Source: Candidatus Acidiferrales bacterium
Lineage (GTDB): Bacteria > Vulcanimicrobiota > Vulcanimicrobiia > Eremiobacterales > Eremiobacteraceae
DNA: 62,226 bases
Direction: 5' to 3'
Assembly (NCBI GenBank): GCA_035622315.1
Contig: DASPVP010000084.1
Span: 1-62,226, forward strand
Below are positions 56,849 to 62,226 of the stretch, piece by piece. The notes under the pieces were generated by a model. It searched no databases. It was not told where the DNA came from and saw only the letters and a program-made list of their open reading frames with translations. Position 1 is the stretch's first letter, and the number at the start of each line of letters is the position of its first letter. A program made the translations under genes and the position numbers.

Positions 56849-58099
56849 TTAGTTGTCGGAGAACCTGCGGAAGACGAGGACCGCGTTGTGCCCGCCGAAG
56901 CCGAATGAATTGGACAGCGCCACGTCGATCGTCTGCTTGCGCGCGACGTTCGGCACGCAATCGAGGTCGCAATCCGGGTCGACCACCCCGTAGTTGATGG
57001 TGGGCGGCACGATGCCTTCCTGGAGGCTCTTCACCGTGCAGATCCCCTCGAGCGCTCCGGCGGCGCCGAGCGCGTGGCCGAACATCGACTTGTTGGCGCT
57101 GATCGGGATGGTCTTCGCGTGCTCGCCGAAGACCTCGTGCACCGCCTGCGTCTCCGCGGTGTCGCCAAGATCGGTCGAGGTGGCGTGCGCGTTGATGTAG
57201 TCGATGTCGGTCGGTTTCAGCTTCGCGTCTTTGAGCGCGCGGATCATCGCGAGCTTCACACCGCGCGCCGCCGGGTCCGGCGCCACCATGTGATACGCAT
57301 CCGAGGATTGGCCGTAGCCGATCAGCTCGGCGTAGATACGGGCGCCTCGGCTGCGGGCGTGTTCCAGCTCCTCGATGACGAGCGCGCCGCCGCCTTCCGC
57401 GATGACGAAGCCGTCACGCGTGCGGTCGAAGGGCCGGCTGGCCGTCTTCGGGCTCTCATTGCGGGTCGAAAGCGCTCGCATCGCGCAAAAGCCGCCGACC
57501 GCGAGCGGTGTGATCGGCGCCTCAGAGCCGCCGCAGATGACCACGTCGGATTCGCCGCGCTGCACGATGCGCATCGCGTCCCCGATCGCGTTGTTGGACG
57601 AGGCGCAGGCGGACACGGCGGTCTGGGTGGGGCCGCGAACGCCCAGGCGCATGGAGATGAGGCCGGGGGCGATGTTGCTGATGAGCATGGGGATGAAGAA
57701 CGGCGAGAGCCGGTCGACCCCCTGCTCGTTCATCACCTTCGTCTGCTGCTCGATCGTTGTGATGCCGCCGATGCCCGAGCCCATGATCACACCGATGGTG
57801 TCGCGGTTCTCATCAGTGATCGCGAGGCCCGAATCGGCCACCGCTTCTTGCGCCGCCACGAGGGCGAATTGCGCGAAACGATCCATTTTGCGGGCGTCCT
57901 TTTTGCCGATGATGGTGGCTGGATCGAAATCGCGGACCTCGGCGGCGAAGGTCGTCGGGAGTTCAGACGCGTCGAAGAGAGTGATGTGACCGACCCCACT
58001 CACCCCGCGCACCACGTTGTTCCAGAACTCCGGCATGCTGTTGCCGAGCGGGGTGACCGCGCCCATCCCGGTCACCACCACGCGCCGCGTGTTATCCAT
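56849..58099 (-). CDS. fabF: beta-ketoacyl-ACP synthase II
   Basis: Trimmed to ATG 58099 (MDNTRRVVVTGMGAVTPLG). Active-site residues in SACASSNNA, NAHATST and GHALGAAG. Confidence 0.95.
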   Translation of the reverse strand: MDNTRRVVVTGMGAVTPLGNSMPEFWNNVVRGVSGVGHITLFDASELPTTFAAEVRDFDPATIIGKKDARKMDRFAQFALVAAQEAVADSGLAITDENRDTIGVIMGSGIGGITTIEQQTKVMNEQGVDRLSPFFIPMLISNIAPGLISMRLGVRGPTQTAVSACASSNNAIGDAMRIVQRGESDVVICGGSEAPITPLAVGGFCAMRALSTRNESPKTASRPFDRTRDGFVIAEGGGALVIEELEHARSRGARIYAELIGYGQSSDAYHMVAPDPAARGVKLAMIRALKDAKLKPTDIDYINAHATSTDLGDTAETQAVHEVFGEHAKTIPISANKSMFGHALGAAGALEGICTVKSLQEGIVPPTINYGVVDPDCDLDCVPNVARKQTIDVALSNSFGFGGHNAVLVFRRFSDN

Positions 58100-58502
58100 G
58101 CTGTCTTGGAGCGGGAACTTCGTCGGCACGAGCGCCGCTGCCCTTGTCCGAGCGCGTCGATGCGCGTCCTCCGCATGGTCGCGGATGCGTGTTTGGGGTC
58201 TGCGCGAGCGCGTAGAAGAAATTTTTCCGCGCGCTCCGCTCCTTGAGTTTTGTCTGCGGGCTGCCGATGAACAGAGGGGAAGTGCTCGCAGAACAGAACT
58301 TCCGCGCGAGGAACTCGATCGACGAGTGCTTCGCACCCTTCGGAACCGCGCGATAACTGCCGAGCTCCGCAGCGGCAGACAACAGATCGAAGAGGCGTAC
58401 AGCAACGCCCCGTGCGCACCGAAAGTCCAGGGGGGAGGTGACCAAACCACCGTGGCAAAGAAAAAGGCGAAGAAGGCAAAGAAGAAATAACCGCGAGAAC
58501 AT
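58092..58502 (-). CDS. hypothetical ORF overlapping the fabF start (uncertain)
   Basis: Its stop TAA overlaps fabF codons 2-3 (8-nt overlap). By hand count GC3 is ~77% here against ~60% for the in-phase plus-strand ORF. No recognisable motif and no usable SD at ATG 58502. Confidence 0.3.
   Translation of the reverse strand: MFSRLFLLCLLRLFLCHGGLVTSPLDFRCARGVAVRLFDLLSAAAELGSYRAVPKGAKHSSIEFLARKFCSASTSPLFIGSPQTKLKERSARKNFFYALAQTPNTHPRPCGGRASTRSDKGSGARADEVPAPRQHG
58185..58490 (+). CDS. alternative small ORF ending in KKKAKKAKKK (uncertain; mutually exclusive with the minus-strand ORF)
   Basis: 101 codons; stop TAA lies ~35 nt before an intrinsic terminator; low GC3 and no SD. Confidence 0.18.
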   Translation: MRVWGLRERVEEIFPRAPLLEFCLRAADEQRGSARRTELPREELDRRVLRTLRNRAITAELRSGRQQIEEAYSNAPCAPKVQGGGDQTTVAKKKAKKAKKK

Positions 58503-58523
58503 CTCCGGTTAACACAAGTGTCC

Positions 58524-58563
58524 AAAGGGGGCGTTGCGAAAGAGCAGCACCCCTTCTTTATTT
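58524..58563 (+). terminator. rho-independent terminator or attenuator just upstream of the PLP-enzyme gene
   Basis: AAAGGGGGCGTT..GAAA..AGCAGCACCCCTT imperfect stem followed by CTTTATTT, ending 16 nt before ATG 58579. Confidence 0.5.
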
Positions 58564-58578
58564 CCGCTGTGGGAGATC

Positions 58579-59748
58579 ATGATGTCCGAGTCAACCTTCG
58601 CCACGAACGCCGTGCTCGAAGCGCGCGCGCGGGAGCCGCAGAACGCTCCTGCGGTCTTGCCCATCTACGCGTCCGCCGGTTGGGTGTTCCGTTCACTCGA
58701 CGAGGTGGACGCGATCTACGAAGGCCGCCAGGCGGGCACCGTCTATGGAGGCTCCGGAGTCCCGAACCACGAGGCTTTCGAGGCAGTCCTCGCCTCGCTG
58801 CACGGGGCCCAGGCCGTGCTCGCGACAGCAGCCGGGATGTCGGCGTTCACGCTGGCGCTGCTCGGCCTGCTGGGAAAAGAATCTCGTATCGTCGCAGCGG
58901 ACGATTTGTACGGCAACACGACCACGTTGCTGCGCGACTTCACGCGCTTCGGGATCGCGTATGATCTCGTGGACGTCGCTGACCTCGCTGCTGTGGCGAA
59001 CGCCCTCAAGCGGCCGGCCGCGATTGTCATCGTCGAGTCGATTTCGAATCCACGCGTTCGCGTCGCCGACCTCGCCGCGCTCGCGCGGCTCGCTCACGAC
59101 AGCGGTGCGCTGCTGCTCGTCGACAACAGCCTCGCCTCGCCGTATCACTGTCGCCCCCTGGATCTCGGCGCCGACCTCGTGATCGAGAGCGCGACGAAGT
59201 TCCTCGGCGGCCATTACGACATCGTGCTCGGTTGCATCGCCGGACCGCTCGCGGTCATCGATCGCCTTCGCCCGCTCGCCTCGCGGACCGGACTCGTGGC
59301 GTCCGTATTCGAGGTCTGGCTGGGCGTCCGGTCGATCGAGACGCTCGACGTCCGCATGGAGCGCTCGAGTCGCAACGCTCTGGCGATCGCCCGCCGCCTC
59401 GCGGCCCACGCCAAGGTGCGGGCCGTCCACTACCCTGGGCTATCGGAGCAGGCGCACCTAGTGGCCACTTTGCGCAACGGTTTTGGATCGATGCTTTCCT
59501 TTGAAATAACGCCCGAGCGCAGCGCGGTCGATCGCCTGCTCGGCGCCTTGCGCCGCGTCAAACTTGTCCTCTCGTTTGGGGGAGCGCAGACCACGCTCTC
59601 GCATCCTGCCACCTCGTCGCACCGTTCGCTCGACCGGCAAACGCGCGCAGCGCTCGGCATCCACGACGGGTTCTTGCGGCTTTCGGTCGGACTGGAAGAT
59701 GCGAACGACACGATCGCAGACCTCGAACGGGGTTTGGCTGCGGTCTAG
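58579..59748 (+). CDS. Cys/Met-metabolism PLP-dependent enzyme (cystathionine gamma-synthase/beta-lyase/sulfhydrylase family)
   Basis: SD GGGAGA then ATGATG; the track start 58534 lies inside the terminator. VIESATKFLGGH PLP-lysine motif and LRLSVGLED C-terminus. Confidence 0.85.
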   Translation: MMSESTFATNAVLEARAREPQNAPAVLPIYASAGWVFRSLDEVDAIYEGRQAGTVYGGSGVPNHEAFEAVLASLHGAQAVLATAAGMSAFTLALLGLLGKESRIVAADDLYGNTTTLLRDFTRFGIAYDLVDVADLAAVANALKRPAAIVIVESISNPRVRVADLAALARLAHDSGALLLVDNSLASPYHCRPLDLGADLVIESATKFLGGHYDIVLGCIAGPLAVIDRLRPLASRTGLVASVFEVWLGVRSIETLDVRMERSSRNALAIARRLAAHAKVRAVHYPGLSEQAHLVATLRNGFGSMLSFEITPERSAVDRLLGALRRVKLVLSFGGAQTTLSHPATSSHRSLDRQTRAALGIHDGFLRLSVGLEDANDTIADLERGLAAV

Positions 59749-60329
59749 TCCTTCGCGTGGCGCGCGCGGAAGCGGCGCGCCTTCGCCCGGTTCCCGCACG
59801 AGCGCATGGAGCACCAGCTACCCGTGCGGTTTTTCGAGCGGTCGTAGAAGGCCCAGCGACAGTCCGGCTCGTGACATGCCTTGAGCCGACGCCACGACCC
59901 ATCGCTCATGGACTCGAACGCCCGAGCGAGGACCTCACCGACCGCCGCGTCGACCCCACGGGCCGCTGGACGCAGCCGAGCTCTTCCTCGCGCCTCGAAG
60001 GTCATATGCAGCTGTGCGCAACGTGCCGCGCGGCTGAGCGTCTCGAGGGCCTCTTTTGGCACCTCTCCGCCGTCGTTGGCGGCCAAGAGATCGCGCAGAG
60101 CCTCGCGCACTGATGCGGCGTGGGCCACATCGCCCGCGGTGAAATGTTGCCGGCCCGAGGCGAGCTTATGGTCGGCGAGCCAACGCTCGAGACCTGCGGC
60201 GGTCTCTAGCTTGTCGTCGTGCACACCCGTGTCCGTGTGAAGCGTGTTGATGAAATCCCGGACGAGCGCTAGGCCGTCGGGCGGCTCGCTTGGCGGGGCG
60301 GGAGGTTCGGCCATAGCTTGGCGGTTCAT
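59745..60329 (-). CDS. CGNR zinc-finger (ABATE domain) putative regulator
   Basis: LALVRDFINTL N-terminal domain and C-terminal CHEPDCRWAFYDRSKNRTGSWCSMRSCGNRAKARRFR. Confidence 0.85.
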   Translation of the reverse strand: MNRQAMAEPPAPPSEPPDGLALVRDFINTLHTDTGVHDDKLETAAGLERWLADHKLASGRQHFTAGDVAHAASVREALRDLLAANDGGEVPKEALETLSRAARCAQLHMTFEARGRARLRPAARGVDAAVGEVLARAFESMSDGSWRRLKACHEPDCRWAFYDRSKNRTGSWCSMRSCGNRAKARRFRARHAKD

Positions 60330-60340
60330 CTTTCGAAACC

Positions 60341-60369
60341 ATTCTAGATTAAACAGGGGTTATTTGCAA
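60341..60369 (-). promoter_or_regulatory. sigma-70-type promoter for the CGNR gene
   Basis: Minus strand reads TTGCAA (60369-60364), 17 nt, TAGAAT (60346-60341). The predicted TSS is only ~5 nt from ATG 60329, i.e. near-leaderless. Confidence 0.45.
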
Positions 60370-60417
60370 TAAGATAATTTGCCTGTATGGGACATTTATC
60401 GTAACTAGTAAATTGTG

Positions 60418-60446
60418 TTGACAAGTTACTCCTAGTTGGCTATACT
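60418..60446 (+). promoter_or_regulatory. near-consensus sigma-70 promoter for the small-ORF/VOC/S9 unit
   Basis: TTGACA (60418-60423), 17 nt, TATACT (60441-60446), inside the only strongly AT-rich stretch of the window. Confidence 0.6.
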
Positions 60447-60503
60447 CGGAGAGCAGGGGACCAGAAGGCTCATCGTCACGCCGACGGCCCCTCGAAAAGG
60501 AAA

Positions 60504-60650
60504 ATGGTGAAACAAGTCATGTTCGTGCAAAAGGCAACCGTTCTCACAGAAGCGTCTAGCGACGCGCTCATCCAGTCTCGGACGGCGATCGTCCGCGTGC
60601 CCAAGGGCGTTGCGGCCGAGCTGTTCGGCGGGTGGGGGGTCCGCATTTGA
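60504..60650 (+). CDS. 48-aa small protein (below the ORF-track cutoff)
   Basis: AAGGAAAatg SD. MVKQVMFVQKATVLTEASSDALIQSRTAIVRVPKGVAAELFGGWGVRI. Hand-counted GC3 ~77% > GC1 ~65% > GC2 ~44%, which is coding-like. Stop overlaps a possible TTG start of the VOC gene. Confidence 0.42.
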   Translation: MVKQVMFVQKATVLTEASSDALIQSRTAIVRVPKGVAAELFGGWGVRI

Positions 60651-61054
60651 AAGGTCCCGCATCAAACGCGAAGCCGATTGAAGGTCGTTTCGACCACATC
60701 GACCTTCGCGTGCGGGACCTGGCAAAGGTACGGGGCTTTTACGACACCCTGATGCCGGCGCTTGGTTTTCAAAAGCAACGGGGTGGAACGACGTCGAGAA
60801 CCTACGCGCAAGATAAGCGTCATCTGCCATTTCTCTGGTTGGTGCAAGCGAAGACGAGCGCGCCAGGCCCAAACCGCGCGGCGTTCGCCCTTGCCTCCAT
60901 AGCAGAGGTCGATCGCGTCGCTCGGCTTTTGAAGCGCATCGGCGCACGCAAAGTGGAGGGACCGCAACACTGTCGAAGTTACGGCCTTCCTTATTACGCA
61001 GTGTTTTTCGAGGACCCAGACGGCAACCGGCTGGAGGCGTGCTGCAGGCGCTGA
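60632..61054 (+). CDS. VOC-family (glyoxalase/bleomycin-resistance/dioxygenase fold) protein
   Basis: RFDHIDLRVRDLAKVRGFYDTLMPALGF and AVFFEDPDGNRLEA. Start is GTG 60632 or TTG 60647. Confidence 0.8.
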   Translation: MGGPHLKGPASNAKPIEGRFDHIDLRVRDLAKVRGFYDTLMPALGFQKQRGGTTSRTYAQDKRHLPFLWLVQAKTSAPGPNRAAFALASIAEVDRVARLLKRIGARKVEGPQHCRSYGLPYYAVFFEDPDGNRLEACCRR

Positions 61055-61082
61055 GCGCCAGCCCCCAAAACGAGGGCCGTTG

Positions 61083-62226
61083 ATGCCAGGCCCGATGAGA
61101 TGTGTGATGACCGCTCTTTTTGCGGTCATTCTTCTTCTCGCACCTATCGCGGTGAGAGCCCGCGAACTTCTTCTGTCGGACCTGCGACGCGAGATCACTC
61201 TCGCCGATCCCCAGATCTCTCCTGACGGATCGAAGATCGCCTTGTTGGTCGGCAGCAACGACTTCATCCACAACACCGTCGTGGTGCGCGTCGACATGGT
61301 GGATGCTGCGACAGGTGCCACCCGAATCCTCGCGTTGCCGTTCGGCGATATCGAGAGCGTCCGCTGGTCGCCACAAGGCGACGCCATCGCGTTTTTGGCA
61401 GCGCACGATGGCGTCGAACAGATCTACGAAAGCTCGCCAAGCGGGCGCTCGCTGCACCTGCTGACCTTTGGATCGCAAGACGTCGAGTACTTCGCCTGGC
61501 GTCCTGACGGCAAGGCGATAGCTTTCGTGCGCAGCGATCCTCTACCCAGCGCTTTCGGCACAGCGAAATTCCGCACGAGCTTCGTGGTCGGGGACAACGA
61601 CTTTCTGGCGACCGCGGCACCCTCGCCCTCGCACCTATGGTTGGTCGACACGCCCAAGGTGGGTGCGACCGGCGCGACGGTTCCTATAGCGCAGCGCTTG
61701 ACCTCCGGCTCTTGGAGCCTGCCGCCCGGCAGTCCAAGTCTCTCGCAACCATATCTGGCGTCCTTGATCACTCCCCAGCACATGCCGAGCACGATGTTCT
61801 GCTGGTATCCGGACGGCCGGCATATCGCGTTCACGCGGATGCCCGACGCCTACGTCGCGCATGGCGACCGATCGGTGATGGAGGTCCTGGATCTGTCGGC
61901 GAGCGCTGCATCGAGCGAGCGCATCGAGCAGCTCACCAGCCACGCATCCTTCGAGGCCGGCTGCGACGTGTCGTCGGACGGCACCAAGATCGCCTACTGG
62001 TATCCGAGCGCAGGTCAAGCGATCAACGCTAGCGCGATCTTCGTCACCTCCGCCGGAGCTCGCGGACCGAACGGGCTCGACGTGACGCGCGACCTGGATC
62101 GCAGCCCCTGGGTGGTGCGATGGATGCCTGACGGGCTGTCGCTTTTGATACTTGCGCACGACGGCACGCGCGAGCTGATGTGGCGCGTCGGTCTCGATGG
62201 GGTCGCGCGCTCGATCGACATCGGCG
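61083..62226 (+). CDS. S9-family peptidase, N-terminal TolB/DPP-IV-like beta-propeller (3' part beyond the window)
   Basis: Not in ORF track (no stop). Signal peptide MRCVMTALFAVILLLAPIAVRA, then repeated SPDGSKIA / SPQGDAIAF / RPDGKAIAF / YPDGRHIAF / SSDGTKIAY / MPDGLSLL blades. Confidence 0.7.
   Translation, partial: MPGPMRCVMTALFAVILLLAPIAVRARELLLSDLRREITLADPQISPDGSKIALLVGSNDFIHNTVVVRVDMVDAATGATRILALPFGDIESVRWSPQGDAIAFLAAHDGVEQIYESSPSGRSLHLLTFGSQDVEYFAWRPDGKAIAFVRSDPLPSAFGTAKFRTSFVVGDNDFLATAAPSPSHLWLVDTPKVGATGATVPIAQRLTSGSWSLPPGSPSLSQPYLASLITPQHMPSTMFCWYPDGRHIAFTRMPDAYVAHGDRSVMEVLDLSASAASSERIEQLTSHASFEAGCDVSSDGTKIAYWYPSAGQAINASAIFVTSAGARGPNGLDVTRDLDRSPWVVRWMPDGLSLLILAHDGTRELMWRVGLDGVARSIDIG

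Noticed and set aside
58415-58430. GAAAGTCC (RNase P P4-like) in the fabF-upstream region.
   Set aside because: It is an isolated octamer. A full RNase P RNA would have to extend ~300 nt into the well-supported PLP-enzyme CDS, and no other conserved regions are present.
58380-58578. Known SAM riboswitch (SAM-I, II or IV) or Met T-box upstream of the Cys/Met PLP enzyme.
   Set aside because: None of the core consensus elements I recall for these classes could be found by eye. Only the terminator is convincing. The region is kept as an unexplained leader in the findings rather than called as a riboswitch.
60504-60650. RiPP precursor hypothesis: the 48-aa peptide has ELFGG (a double-glycine-like motif) and sits next to an S9 peptidase.
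   Set aside because: The Gly-Gly context does not align with the double-glycine leader consensus, and the would-be core is only 5 residues (WGVRI). No maturase, C39-ABC exporter or cyclase is adjacent.

Overview
High-GC bacterial chromosomal segment, densely packed and mostly housekeeping. I found no rRNA, tRNA, CRISPR array, transposase or integrase. Many ORFs in the track are Arg/Ala/Pro-rich shadow frames of real genes, and I ignored them. Two real genes run off the window edges and are missing from the track: alaS (1..1758, minus) and an S9/TolB-like peptidase (61083..62226, plus). Minus-strand gene order runs: alaS <- sigB-like/rsbW/rsbV <- ytxH-like/DUF948 <- cysteine desulfurase; then rarA (+), an orphan PilB-type ATPase and a duplicated LptA/OstA-like protein. 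A roughly 19-kb minus-strand block with Firmicutes-type synteny follows: pfkB kinase, LMW phosphatase, rpiB, glyA, upp, dCMP deaminase, wecA/tagO-like, wecB, atpZ-I-B-E-F'-F-H-A-G-D-C, murA, mreB and a GDE-like glycosidase. A plus-strand cluster at 30.7-35.4 kb encodes an enolase-superfamily epimerase, a DUF1611 protein, a family-5 solute-binding protein and a C39-like peptidase. The most unusual feature is a 14-kb minus-strand unit (49521 -> 35451) with no intergenic gap over 13 nt. In it, hisS and aspS are separated by an orphan BCCP, a split ADP-heptose pathway (gmhA, gmhB, hldA, hldC), an LpxB-like GT, and three GT2 and three GT9 paralogues. It ends in a DehI-like gene coupled to aspS. The window finishes with a DUF318 permease/TIGR03943 pair, purH, smc, rnc, fabF (no acpP upstream), a Cys/Met PLP enzyme, a CGNR regulator, and an AT-rich divergent promoter region driving a 48-codon ORF, a VOC protein and the S9 peptidase. 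Four atypically long intergenic regions (10.3-10.7, 30.4-30.7, 58.1-58.6 and 60.3-60.5 kb) hold the best candidates for unannotated RNAs or small genes. All product calls come from reading motifs by eye, with no database search. Start codons are often GTG, and I re-picked many of them.
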